Shown in pieces: positions 1 through 11,560 of a stretch of 64,000 nucleotides of DNA; within the stretch, counting starts at the first letter, position 1, and every line of letters begins with the position of its first letter. The translations under genes were made by a program, and so were the position numbers. This DNA comes from Schizosaccharomyces osmophilus (Eukaryota), in assembly GCF_027921745.1 (NCBI RefSeq), contig NC_079238.1, positions 2,046,001-2,110,000 on the forward strand. Direction: 5' to 3'. Under the pieces are notes generated by a model, which was not told the DNA's origin, did not search any database, and saw nothing but the letters and a program-made list of their open reading frames with translations.

Positions 1-1504
1 AAGACGACTTTCTCATGATATTCTTCACATATGGACTAGACATCAATTCTGATTTTGCAAGGGGTTCGTCTTCAAGGCCAAATAATTTCAATGCTAACTC
101 AGTTGGATCACCATTTTTTGAACGATTCTCAAAAATGTAAGATTTTGCAGAGTACAAAGGCTTCAATATATCCGTACGCATATCAACAGGTAAATAGCTC
201 ATATCCTTGTCAAATTCGGTTCTTTCTTCATCAGATAATTTATTCACTGAGTGATTTTGAATGGGCAACTTGGAAAGATTTCTTAAGAAAACTTGCTCCT
301 GTTTAGGAACCACTAGGTAAGCCTCACCGCTCTTTCCGGCTCTTCCTGTACGGCCGATGCGATGGATATAATCATCAAGACTTGAAGGACTAAAGATTTG
401 CACTACTTGAGAAACATTGGGAAAGTCCATTCCACGGGCAACTACATCGGTAGCAAACAAAACTCCTTTCGGGGCTCTACGGAACTTATCAGTGACACGA
501 CGTCGATCGGTCGTGCTAAGTCGGGAGTGTAGTCCAAAGCATGGGATATTTAAATGACTCCGGAAAAGATCGGCAACGAAATCAACCATTCCAATAGTGG
601 GAAGAAACACAATGATTCGGGGAGATGGCTGTTTAGATAGCTCTCGTAACAAAGACAGAGAGTCATGAAATAAGGAATCAAATTCTGTCTGAACTACAAA
701 TTGAGGTACACGTTCGTGTGTAGGAGGCTCATTAGGATCCAAACAGTTTACTATTTTCATCTTATCCCCAAGGATAACCTCAAAAACATCTGACACTTTG
801 GGCGGCATGGTGGCACTAAAACAAAGTCTTCTAGTAAAAGGACTTGCAACATCGCGATGGATATCTTTAATAGTATCAGCAAACCCCATATCCATTAACC
901 TGTCAGCTTCATCTAGAACAAAAGAGTTGGCAGTTATCGAGTTTCTCACGACAGGGTTTGAGAGATGATCATTCATACGGCCAGGGGTTGCAATTAAGAT
1001 ATTGGCAAGACCTTTTTGAATTGTCCTCTGTTCCATAATCTTCGAGTTGCCGCCAATACAGAAACCAGTTTTGATATTGGTACCTGGTGTGAGCTTTCTA
1101 GCCTCCTCATAAATCTGTATAGCTAATTCACGCGTGGGACTAAGAATAACAGAATGAATTTTTTTGGAATGCAAAGACGGTTTTCCTTTTAGCATGTCCT
1201 TTATTGCAACCAAGAGGAACGCTAAAGTTTTACCAGTTCCTGTTTTCGCCTGTACGACTGCGTTTTCTTGGTTCGAAAGCACTTCTTGAATAACGCGTCC
1301 TTGAACCGAAGTGGCCTTCAAAAATCCATTATCCGCTAAGTTTTTTTTTACAGGATCAGCAATCCCTTTACTTTCAGAAAACAGTACTTCACTAGGTGGT
1401 ACGGTGGATGCCTCTTGGCTAAGTGAAACCGTTCGGTGGAATGAACGAAGCTGTAAAGGACATCTTGATAAAGCGCTCGCGTACCTGAGCGAAAGTTTTA
1501 TCAT
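1..1504 (-). CDS. mss116: Mitochondrial DEAD-box RNA helicase (3' end runs off the window)
   Basis: Hand translation from ATG 1504: basic presequence MIKLSLRYASALSRCPLQLRSFH, then AKTGTGKT, SPTRELA, DEAD, SAT and HRIGRTGRAG motifs; not in the ORF track because no stop lies in the window. Confidence 0.9.
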   Translation of the reverse strand, partial: MIKLSLRYASALSRCPLQLRSFHRTVSLSQEASTVPPSEVLFSESKGIADPVKKNLADNGFLKATSVQGRVIQEVLSNQENAVVQAKTGTGKTLAFLLVAIKDMLKGKPSLHSKKIHSVILSPTRELAIQIYEEARKLTPGTNIKTGFCIGGNSKIMEQRTIQKGLANILIATPGRMNDHLSNPVVRNSITANSFVLDEADRLMDMGFADTIKDIHRDVASPFTRRLCFSATMPPKVSDVFEVILGDKMKIVNCLDPNEPPTHERVPQFVVQTEFDSLFHDSLSLLRELSKQPSPRIIVFLPTIGMVDFVADLFRSHLNIPCFGLHSRLSTTDRRRVTDKFRRAPKGVLFATDVVARGMDFPNVSQVVQIFSPSSLDDYIHRIGRTGRAGKSGEAYLVVPKQEQVFLRNLSKLPIQNHSVNKLSDEERTEFDKDMSYLPVDMRTDILKPLYSAKSYIFENRSKNGDPTELALKLFGLEDEPLAKSELMSSPYVKNIMRKSS

Positions 1505-2111
1505 TTCAATACCAAAAACCCAAGAATTGTATGAGTAATGGATCAAATAGAAATTTTTTTCTGGTAAGCAAAAATGAAGTTGGATTTTAACGGTGAATAA
1601 GTACTAGGGCTAGCTTAGTGTATTGGGTTGGCTCTCGTTGGTAAATAATGCTCCGCGACATTCCTCTTCGTGTATTTCTTCAAAATACTTGATATTTTTA
1701 ATTAAAAAGAAAAAAAAAAGAAAAAAAAATATTACTTCTATACTAAAAGCTTTTTTGAATACTATAAAACTTAAAACTGAAGCTTCATATTGCCAACTTC
1801 GTACTTCAGAGCGGTTGAGTTCTAGCTACAACGATTTGGTTTTCTTCGACGATCATTCATTCTCGTAATATTTGCAATCAAATACAAAAATTTTTAAAGC
1901 TGTCGTGTTCCAATAAGTCTAAGCAAAACTCATTCAGCAAGGTTCAAGACGGCATTGGAAGAAAGTGAGTGTAAGTCAAAACTCGAGCGTGAAGGAAAAA
2001 CTATGGAATATCCAGGATCGCAAATATTGAGATTTACATATATAAATTGTACTTGAGTTAATATTTGCAACGAAAAAGGGCTGAAAACGGATTAGTTACC
2101 AGATTTCAGAA

Positions 2112-4721
2112 ATGGTTGTTAATAATCAAATGAAAGGGCTAAAAACCTTTATTTCAGATTTAAGAAATTTGAAGGATAAAGACGAAGAAAAACGAATAAA
2201 TATCGAATTGGCAAAGATACGAGCTAAATTTCAAAGTTCGACACTTTCTGCATACGATCGAAAAAAGTATGTCAGTAAACTCTTGTATATATACATGTTG
2301 GGATATCCAATATCTTTCGGTCATTTGGAAGCTGTCAAGCTTCTTACTGCTACAAAGTATAGCGAAAAACAAATTGGATATCTGGCCGTTGCATTGCTCC
2401 TAAACGAAAATCATGATTTAATAAGGTTGGTCATCAATAGCATCAAGAAGGATTTATTGAGCTTAGATCCATTTAATAACGCTTTAGCATTACACGCTGT
2501 TGCCAACTTCGGGGGTCGTGAAATGTGTGAGACAGTGTATCCAGAGATACAGCAGTTGCTCATGTCTGCCGCAACTGAAAACATTGTACGTCAAAAAGCA
2601 GCTCTCTCTCTGCTTCATATATATAGAAAGTTTTCTGATATAATGGATACGGACTTGCTAGAACCCATAATTATGCTCCTTGATGACGACGATATAAATG
2701 TTTCGCTTGCCGTATCAAACTTTGTGTTCTTAATTGTCTGTAGAGAACCATCTCTACACAGACTTGTTTGTAAAAAAGCTATTCATAAATTGAAATTAAT
2801 TGTTTCTGGAAGAGGATATTCATCGGGCTATGTTTACTACTCTGTTCCATGCCCTTGGTTACAAGTAAATCTTTGCCGCATATTGCTAATTTGCCATGAA
2901 GAGGTGACTGATGAAAGTACAAAGAGGAGTCTCATTAATGTTTTAGGCCGAATGTTGAATATTTTTGAAGATCTTAAAGACACTCCGCATCTTAATGTCA
3001 TAAACGCTATCCTATTTGACGCGATAAAACTTGCATTCGCAATCGACGATACTGGTTCACTTTATCAAAAATGCATGAAATGCCTTGGTGATATGATTTC
3101 CGACAAAGAGCCTAATGTACGATATCTAGCTTTTGATACAACAGCTTATTTGATTTCATGTGGGCATAATTTACCTTCTCTCAAAATACACAGAGATATC
3201 ATATTATCGTCTCTCCGCTTTAAAGATGTCTCTCTTCGTAAAAAAAGTTTAGAACTTCTGTATATGATGTGTGACGCAGAGAATTTCAAATCTATGGTTG
3301 ATGAATTATTGGTATACTTACCCTACCTTGATTCTGTTTCTCAGGAGGATCTAATATCCAAAGTTGCATCCCTTACTGAGATTTACGCCAATGATTATAA
3401 GTGGTACGTGGATGTCAATCTACAGCTTTTTCGTGTTGCTGGGAAATCTGTGAACGATGATGTTTGGCATCAACTTGTTCGCGTTATTGTGAACAACGAA
3501 AGTATTCAGCAATATTCAGTCCGTAAGCTTTTTAAATTACTTCAATCGGATTCAACTCATGATAGTCTCACCAGAAGTGGTTGCTATGTATTGGGGGAAT
3601 ATGGTTATTTAATTGCGAATGAACCAGGAAGCAGTCCACTACAGCAGTTTATTACCGTGTACAAGAAGCTACATACATCATCTATTGGAACTAAAGTTCT
3701 TTTATTAACAGCTTTGTTAAAACTATCAAAATTACAGCCTGATCTACATAAGCGTGTTGCATCTGTTTTCAAACAATATTCTGTAAGTTTAAATACAGAG
3801 GTTCAGCAAAGGGCCTGTGAATATTTACAGCTATTAAGCCTTCCAAGAGAATTCTTGTCCATCGTTTGTGAAGAAGTTCCTGTTTTTACAATTCCCTCGA
3901 AAAAGAATCTGCCATCTATTAGTAACAAGTCAGATGTTTCTTTAAGTGATTCCCTAAATTCGACGAAGGAAATTGATGTTTCTTCTAGTCTTCCTGGATT
4001 TTACCGTCTATGCTGGAGAGACAAAGGTATATTGTATAGGGACTCTCAAGTCCAAGTGGGAGCCCTCATGGAATTTCGCGATTCAAAAGTATGTCTTTCA
4101 CTGTACTTTGAAAACAGAAAAAATGAAACATTCACCTCATTTTCATCTACTTTACTTAGGACATTTCCCAATCTTAAAGTCGACGCATCTTTCACAGATA
4201 CCATATTTTCTCCTGACAAACAATTACAGCAAAGGTTCTCAATTGACCGACTTGACGAGCTATTTGATCCACCTATTATTCGCGTATCATTTTTGGCTGG
4301 TGTAGTTAGATCAGTTAATTTATTGTTGCCTATTGTTTTATCCAAATTTTTACGGCCGACAGTATTTGATAGCTTTACATTCTTCCAAAGATGGGGACTA
4401 ATTGGTGTGGAACGAGAAGCTCAGTTGGCCTTTGGCTTGAATGGTGTACATAGTAAACTTGATGAAAGACGATTGATGAGGATCATTATTGGTCTTCATT
4501 GGGGAATATGCTCAGGAATTGATACGAACCCTAGTAACATTGTTGGTGCCGGTATTCTCCAAGTGAGTGCCCAGAATATTGGTTGTTTACTTCGGCTCGA
4601 ACCTAACTATCAGAACGATATGATCCGTCTATCCATTCGTTCGACGAATACGACTGTTGCAAACGTCCTTGCAACGAGCATGCAAGATATTCTAAAAAAT
4701 TCATTTTATGCGGATTCATGA
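2112..4721 (+). CDS. apl3: AP-2 adaptor complex alpha-adaptin
   Basis: 869 aa; MKGLKTFISDLRN..EEKRINIELAKIR..YDRKKYVSKLLYIYMLGY start, C-terminal ear ending GCLLRLEPN. Confidence 0.95.
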   Translation: MVVNNQMKGLKTFISDLRNLKDKDEEKRINIELAKIRAKFQSSTLSAYDRKKYVSKLLYIYMLGYPISFGHLEAVKLLTATKYSEKQIGYLAVALLLNENHDLIRLVINSIKKDLLSLDPFNNALALHAVANFGGREMCETVYPEIQQLLMSAATENIVRQKAALSLLHIYRKFSDIMDTDLLEPIIMLLDDDDINVSLAVSNFVFLIVCREPSLHRLVCKKAIHKLKLIVSGRGYSSGYVYYSVPCPWLQVNLCRILLICHEEVTDESTKRSLINVLGRMLNIFEDLKDTPHLNVINAILFDAIKLAFAIDDTGSLYQKCMKCLGDMISDKEPNVRYLAFDTTAYLISCGHNLPSLKIHRDIILSSLRFKDVSLRKKSLELLYMMCDAENFKSMVDELLVYLPYLDSVSQEDLISKVASLTEIYANDYKWYVDVNLQLFRVAGKSVNDDVWHQLVRVIVNNESIQQYSVRKLFKLLQSDSTHDSLTRSGCYVLGEYGYLIANEPGSSPLQQFITVYKKLHTSSIGTKVLLLTALLKLSKLQPDLHKRVASVFKQYSVSLNTEVQQRACEYLQLLSLPREFLSIVCEEVPVFTIPSKKNLPSISNKSDVSLSDSLNSTKEIDVSSSLPGFYRLCWRDKGILYRDSQVQVGALMEFRDSKVCLSLYFENRKNETFTSFSSTLLRTFPNLKVDASFTDTIFSPDKQLQQRFSIDRLDELFDPPIIRVSFLAGVVRSVNLLLPIVLSKFLRPTVFDSFTFFQRWGLIGVEREAQLAFGLNGVHSKLDERRLMRIIIGLHWGICSGIDTNPSNIVGAGILQVSAQNIGCLLRLEPNYQNDMIRLSIRSTNTTVANVLATSMQDILKNSFYADS

Positions 4722-5487
4722 AAACCGAAATTTCACTCACTAATATTTATTTTATTCTAAAATACCGAAATTATGCTGAACTGTTGAAGCATAGAAGGTT
4801 ATGTCTTTTAAGAGTTAAAACCAAACTTTGCAAGCCTGCGTATGATAAGGAATCTGTCTTTTGGCGTATATCAGAAAACACTTGTAGGTATCTTCTTTCA
4901 CAGGTTCTATGGGTTCGCCAATCACAGATACTTTCACTGGTTTATTTATGATTAATTAACAAAAGCTTAATAATAACACCGGTTTACGTTTGTGAAAATA
5001 AAGATGTCACGCCTTTTAAGCTCGTATATTGAAGGGAAATAAAGGTTTTGCGCCTTTGTATACTTGATTATGACCTTGCTAAATGTATGGTTGTCAACAG
5101 TGTCCATAGATTCGATTCAGCGGAATTGGAAGCAGAAAAAAGAAAAGACTTCATTCTGAGACAGTCAAATCTTCCAATCTGAATATTCCAACCACAAAAA
5201 ATCATTCTTTACTTCGTTTTTTCAAATTAATATCTTGTATTCCAAGTTATTATACTTAATAGTTTTCTATTTTTACCAAACTAAGAACGAGTCCAAATTT
5301 CTCGAATTGTCTTTTTCATGCTTTGTTTACAATTTGTAATATATATTACTTCAGTCCTATAATATCTGGTAATATTCTACATATCGTGACAATGACAATA
5401 ATGCCAATGAAATACGTAGAAGATCAACATATAATACTCAAAGTGTGAAAAAGAAGGAATAGGAGTTAGGCATTTACTGTTATTAGC

Positions 5488-7518
5488 ATGGTTTTAAGTC
5501 TTAACGACTTCATTGATTTACGGATTCGACAGCCTTATAAGAGAGATGAATTGACAAAATTTGTCCAAGACCTTGAGCAACTGCAGCTACCGGATCTCAA
5601 CTCCTTACCTGAGATTACAGAAGAGGAAAAGCAAATAATACGAGAAGACTTTGAGTATAAAAAGGCAAGAATCGGATTAGACGATGCTTGGCTTGAAGCC
5701 TCAGAACCTGAAGAGCCAGTGCCGATTCTCCGGGATACGGTAGAAATTCTTTTGGAAGTTAAAAATTTTCTTAAAAAAGCAGAAAGTTATAGAGCAGATG
5801 ATAAGATTCATGCTTTGGAGAAGGATTGGAATCGACTATCTATTAAAGAAGACCAGACTGGGATTACACCCGACTGCATTTTTAGCATGACAGAATTAGT
5901 GTTCAAAAAAGAGAAGGAGGAGGGTAATTTGAAGCTAAAAGAGATTATTCGAGAAAGGCTGAAACTCGATTTCAAATGGCCTTCTCTGGATGGTAAAGAA
6001 TACCCACTAACGGTATACAAACGTTTTGCCGACTACCTTCGATCTATTAATGCTTTTTCAATTGGCGACTTTGGACATCCTTTATTCTTGGAAGTTTTTA
6101 CCGAACCCTATGCAAATCAGTTTCGCTACCATTTTATGTCTAAAAGACAAACCAATTTAATCTCAAAACCAGAGTGGTTTTATGAATATCTCTTGAAAAC
6201 TTTTCGCTCTTTAAGGGGCTTCTTCTTTAATCTCAAAAAATGCGAAGCTTTTCCATCCTGTTCTTTACTTACAGTCTTTATTCTCATGCTTAATGACCTT
6301 GTTAAGGAAAAACTTTCTCATACTGCAAAATTTGATGATTATTTAGTTCACTTAACTCACGAAACTCTTCATTATACGGTTCACTTGAAACAATATTTCG
6401 GCTCGAATCATGATTACTTGATAGATTTTCTGTTTTGTCAGCCTTCTATATATGAAAGGTGGCTTAACCTTGAAACTCAACAAATGAATGCAAAACTAAA
6501 TGATATAAAGTCTTCCAAGGATGCTTGGGATATGGCACTTAATCAGGTTAATGACTACAATTTTACGGTTCCAACAAAGACTACTGTTCGTTTTCGAGAC
6601 ATGATGGAATCAACTTATGCTACGCTTCGGTTATTACCTTCTTTCAATTACAAAGTGAATTTCTTTGAAAAGGTTCAGTTGGAACCATTGCAACATTACG
6701 TGCAATGGCTTCATTCTTTCTATGAAGCACATGAAAGCTCCCAAAGCGAAGCATTACCTGGATCGTTACAGCCAACTCGTCAAAGTAAAACTACTGATGT
6801 AGAGCGTATGTGCAAATTGTACAGCAATTTCTATCATTTGAAAGAATGGATAGATGATTATGAAGATGAAGAAATATATATTGAGATTGGAAGTCAATAT
6901 GGTTATAAAGAACATTCTTCGTTTTTCAACATAAAGAATAAAATTGATGCTTTGAAAACAGGATCCTTTCGACTCATCTTACGTGCAGCAATTCAAATGC
7001 TACAGCCTTTAATAAATGACTATGCTGACATCGATACGTGGAGAATAAAAGATCAACCACTAAATGTTGATTTCGCTACATCTTCAGTATCCTCAGAGAT
7101 ACTGAAAGTACAAAATGCATTACGAACACTTCTAAAAAGCTTAGAGAATATTCTATCCGGTGCTTCATTGCGTGAGGTCGTGTACCAGTTAGGAATAGTT
7201 GTTGAAAATTGGTTTGTTAAAATCATTATGTCTCATCAATTTAGTCTTCGTGGTGGTATACAGTTTGCAAGAGATATAATGCAAATATTGTTGGAATTTT
7301 CGTACTACCCCTTATTGACTTTCAAAAAATTGACATCGACAGTTGAACTGCTCTCATTAGATACGGGCAAAGAAATGAGTGTCAAGGATTTTATTATTGC
7401 GATTAAGGATGAAGATCACCAAATTGTTGATCAATTATTAAAAGAAAAAGGGATTGAGCTTCAATATGCAGAAGTGCTTGATGTTCTATATCGACGGGTA
7501 GAGGCATGGAAGGACTAG
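5488..7518 (+). CDS. tip20: RINT1/Tip20 family Dsl1-complex tethering subunit
   Basis: 676 aa helical protein with FRYHFMSKRQTNLISKPEWF signature and FSLRGGIQFARD. Confidence 0.88.
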   Translation: MVLSLNDFIDLRIRQPYKRDELTKFVQDLEQLQLPDLNSLPEITEEEKQIIREDFEYKKARIGLDDAWLEASEPEEPVPILRDTVEILLEVKNFLKKAESYRADDKIHALEKDWNRLSIKEDQTGITPDCIFSMTELVFKKEKEEGNLKLKEIIRERLKLDFKWPSLDGKEYPLTVYKRFADYLRSINAFSIGDFGHPLFLEVFTEPYANQFRYHFMSKRQTNLISKPEWFYEYLLKTFRSLRGFFFNLKKCEAFPSCSLLTVFILMLNDLVKEKLSHTAKFDDYLVHLTHETLHYTVHLKQYFGSNHDYLIDFLFCQPSIYERWLNLETQQMNAKLNDIKSSKDAWDMALNQVNDYNFTVPTKTTVRFRDMMESTYATLRLLPSFNYKVNFFEKVQLEPLQHYVQWLHSFYEAHESSQSEALPGSLQPTRQSKTTDVERMCKLYSNFYHLKEWIDDYEDEEIYIEIGSQYGYKEHSSFFNIKNKIDALKTGSFRLILRAAIQMLQPLINDYADIDTWRIKDQPLNVDFATSSVSSEILKVQNALRTLLKSLENILSGASLREVVYQLGIVVENWFVKIIMSHQFSLRGGIQFARDIMQILLEFSYYPLLTFKKLTSTVELLSLDTGKEMSVKDFIIAIKDEDHQIVDQLLKEKGIELQYAEVLDVLYRRVEAWKD

Positions 7519-7545
7519 ATAATTTCCATTGATTATTGCGATTTC

Positions 7546-8738
7546 TTAGGAAGAAGTAGCCTTTAAGCGCATTTTATGTAAAAAAGAAGGATTGTATTCA
7601 TAATGCATACCATCGCCAGGTGAACGACGAAATGGCAAAAACCAGTCATACCAACGATCGCCCATTACAGATCTCCAATTCTTTGAATAACCCAAATCCC
7701 AAGGAAGATCGCCTGGATCGCTTTGTACATGAACACGAGTGGTCATTTGCTCGGGGAAAAACACGCTGAAGTGGTAAACCCTCGATTTCCAGTTTCTTCC
7801 CTCATGGCTATTCAAATTTAATAATAGAAAAACAGTTTGGCGAAATAATAAAGCACCCATGAAAAGAGCGCCGAAGCCAGAACTAATAATGTTAAAAAGA
7901 CAAAAAGCAGGGATTTGTAGAAACATACGAAATTAGAACGAAGATCCAGGTTCCTGGAAGGCTTCGATATTCTCCTTTACGAGCATACATTATCGCAGTA
8001 CTAACCAAAACAAAAAGGGATGCAATTGTTCCATAAAATAATAATTGATAAAAGAATTTGTGATTGCTGAAACAGATATCCTTTCCAACACTGGCATCAC
8101 TGTTAGCTAAAAAGGCATCATTAAACAAGCAACATACAACCCACAGTAATGATCAAATTTCTTTACGCATTTCATGCTGACCCTGCTGTGATGAGATCTA
8201 TCTGGCAACCAGCATTTACAGGTTCCGCAAATACGAGGAGCGCCATTTGGACCACATATAAAGATCGGCGCTGTGTTGTTGTAATAGTCCAAATCTTTAA
8301 TTTGTTAGTAGGTTAAAAGACAAGTAGTCATGATGAAGTACTCACTAGTATCACCACAATAGGATGTGTTTGAGATTAGTACTCGAAAATAGCATAGATA
8401 GCTTATTGCGGCACTGCTAAAAAACAAAACCAGGAATGTAACTTTTCGGTTAATATACCGCTATAAAGGGAAACGACTGATCGTTGGAGTTCTTGTAACA
8501 TACCTCCTGCTCCCATAGCCCTGTATCCATGTTTGATCTTAATATTGGAGTTTACTGAACACCATTATAGTTAGAATAATAATTTAAATATGCTCATTTC
8601 CATACCGCATATCAAGGCCACGTAAACCCATACTACATAGCCGGTCACCAGTAAAATCGCAAGTGGGTAAACAACGCCCAGAAACTTTTGGATTTTTGAA
8701 AATTTCAATTGTCTATCAAAGTCTGTTGGCGGCGGCAT
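7546..8738 (-). CDS. pfa5: Pfa5-type protein palmitoyltransferase (DHYC variant), multi-exon
   Basis: ATG 8738; exons give [36 protein letters not shown] and [10 protein letters not shown]; several short GT-AG introns. Confidence 0.85.
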
Positions 8739-9251
8739 ATAAGACTTGTTGTGTCAAATACAGCCGTTGACAAATTTAAGGGCTGTTGTCAAATTAAAAT
8801 GATCAAACACGGAACTCAATAAAAAGGTCTCTACAGTAGTCGAAATTTCCTTCACTAGAATTAGAAAGAAAAAATAAAATGTTTTTTGTTGAAACTTATG
8901 TTTAAATGGTAAGTTCTCCTTTTTTAAACGGACTAGATATTCTTTAGCAGTTTTTACAATAATCTCCTAATTGTAATCCTACGATGATGCTCTTTAACAA
9001 AAAAAATAAATCTTATTGCCGTAGTTCGGTTTACTTGCTTGAGACAAAAGATGGAAATAATATATGCAACCAACCATCCAACTTTTAATGAAGTTGAAGT
9101 TCCTATACCCGAGCAGGCAAGTTCTTAGAACAGTTATAGGAGATTATACTTTCTTCTAAAATTACTGCGCTTATTTCGTTTGCTTTTTATTAGACGACTG
9201 ACATACTCCAAATCAACTAGTACTTTGGCAATCCAACGAAGGTGTTATAAT

Positions 9252-10242
9252 CTACCGAAGTAAGATTAGCTTCGAAGTGGAGGCAAAAGATCTACACAAG
9301 GGACATTCCGGCTTTGTTTTTGTCCAGTTGTATATACAATGCCAACAATATATATGGCCGCATTCAGTAACTGTAGGTCTATGCATCCATTCCATACACA
9401 AAGCACATTTTCTAGAAGGAGCAGGTATAAAAGAGAAGGCTTCAGAATTCTCTAGAGTTGCGGACTCTAATGACCAAGAGTCGTTGTCTGTTTCTGGTAC
9501 AAGTAAATGCTTGCCTCGTTTTGTATTCTTCAAAATCGATATTGCCAGTCTTATGCAATTGTAAAATAGAAGTAGAAAAAACTTCTTATTTGTAAAGCTT
9601 CTTTCTGAGGTGCCTATTGAAATGTAACGAAGGCCGAGCAAAAGTTGAGATAATGTTCGACAATGATGCTTATTTATGAAAAACAAAAGGCGTATAATGG
9701 AATAAATACGCGACAGAGCTGGCATCCACCTTTTGAAAAAAAGATATATTTTGTTTACTAGTACATCCTTCATAGGCGAGTTGCCTGGATGATCATGATG
9801 TGAACTTTGCACGGAGTTTGTACGTCTGTAAGCTTTCTGTCCCCATTTCTTTGCAAGTAAAAATATTAATTGAAATACTGAATTCAAGAGGATTTCATAA
9901 GTCTTTAGCTTTGGCGATACCCGTTTTAGCCTGTCATTGGAATTCACCAACAATATTTTCGAAACCTCATTACCAAGAGAACCTCGTCCTAAACTCGATA
10001 ATTGATAAAGCAAAGTTGCTAAAACATCGAAAGACTCTTGGGACACGACAGAATTCCAAAAAGGTCTTGGAAAAGTCAGGGTTTTAAATGCTGTTTCTAT
10101 CTGACCTTTTAAGAATTGTGTACATAAATCGTCAATTTCATTTGAAAGTACTGTTTTTGTTAGTTTAGACTAGAGTGTATAAAACAAAATATAATTGGAT
10201 TTTACCGATTTGAAGAGGACTAGCGGAACCGAACAACTCCAT
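9252..10242 (-). CDS. pex10: Peroxisomal RING-finger E3 ligase Pex10, one intron
   Basis: ATG 10242 (MELFGSASPLQI), intron about 10152-10205 splices in frame into ORF 9252..10046; C-terminal C3HC4 RING CALC..CGHIYCWHC..CPLCR. Confidence 0.85.
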
Positions 10243-10462
10243 GAGTATGAAGTAGTAAATCAAAAGGAACAATAGAAGTCTTGGCTATAAAGAAATATTC
10301 TTCGAATTATCCGCCGCTGTACTAAACCAGAATTATTTTTATAAATTTTGATAAAATTGAAGAAAGACGCGAAAATCAAGACAAACCAACTCAGACGAGT
10401 TAAAGAAGATTAGTCCGCAAATATCCAAATAATCAAATATATTACGCTAATAGATATATTCA

Positions 10463-11560
10463 ATGGATTTGAGGGCGCGTTTATTGTCTGAAACCTCGAA
10501 ACAATGGTTTAAGCTATTACATGCTAAAGTGATCGTTAGTAGGTCAGTTGACCCGTACTTCAACTTGGCTCTCGAAGACTTTCTGTACTCTAACAGTAAA
10601 TCTGCTAGATCTTTAGTTCTATACACAAACACCCCTAGTGTGATTATCGGAAGAAATCAAAACCCTTGGGTGGAAGCCAACGTGAGGAAATGCAGAAGCA
10701 ATTTGATCAACATTATTCGCCGGAAATCTGGAGGTGGTACTGTGTTTCATGATCTAGGAAATGTGAATTATAGCCTTTTGGCGAACCGAAACGAATTTTC
10801 ACATACAAAGGGAGCTGAACTGATACTTAAGGCTCTTCAAGAATTAAACATAGAAGCAGAGCTTAATCAGCGCCATGATATTGTTTTAAAGGAAACAAAA
10901 CAAAAAATAAGTGGTTCCGCTTACAAGATCAGCAAAGGGAAAACTTACCATCATGGTACAATGCTTCTCGATTCGGATTTGGAGGGAATTAGCAGGTATT
11001 TAAAAAGCACAACGAAGGGAATTATTTCCAAAGGTGTTTCAAGTACCCGATCGGATGTTGCAAATGTAAAACTTGCTCGAGTAGATTTTCTAAAGGAAGC
11101 AATCATAAGCTTTTTACAATACGACAATGCTCGGCATTCCTCTGGAAGTAATCCCACCATTTCTTTAAATGATCAAGAAAGCAAAGACTCTTTTTTTGGA
11201 GAGAACATTATGTTTGTGGATTCAAATGATCTGGCTGGCGTGCCACATATCATGAAAACCATGCAGGAACTCAAATCATGGGATTGGACCTTTGGACAAA
11301 CACCGTTCTTTAAGCAGTTCATAACTACAAATACTCTACCTATCGGGAATCATATGGTTGAACTTGATATATCTATACGGCATGGGAAAATTGAAAACTT
11401 CATTCTTACGAGCTCAAATAACCGACTTCAACAAGAAATAATGAATTATCCTTGGAAAGGGATGGCATATGAATTGGGCTTTATCAATTCTCTTATGATA
11501 AATAGCATTCCTAGTTCAGAAGCATTGGTTGTTCTCGATTGGATATCCAAAAATATTTAA
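10463..11560 (+). CDS. aim22: Lipoate-protein ligase A (mitochondrial)
   Basis: NLALED, IIGRNQNPW, RRKSGGGTVFHDLGN, KISGSA and HHGTML motifs. Confidence 0.93.
   Translation: MDLRARLLSETSKQWFKLLHAKVIVSRSVDPYFNLALEDFLYSNSKSARSLVLYTNTPSVIIGRNQNPWVEANVRKCRSNLINIIRRKSGGGTVFHDLGNVNYSLLANRNEFSHTKGAELILKALQELNIEAELNQRHDIVLKETKQKISGSAYKISKGKTYHHGTMLLDSDLEGISRYLKSTTKGIISKGVSSTRSDVANVKLARVDFLKEAIISFLQYDNARHSSGSNPTISLNDQESKDSFFGENIMFVDSNDLAGVPHIMKTMQELKSWDWTFGQTPFFKQFITTNTLPIGNHMVELDISIRHGKIENFILTSSNNRLQQEIMNYPWKGMAYELGFINSLMINSIPSSEALVVLDWISKNI

Noticed and set aside
8130..8160. DHYC instead of DHHC in the palmitoyltransferase
   Set aside because: Known normal variant of the Pfa5 family
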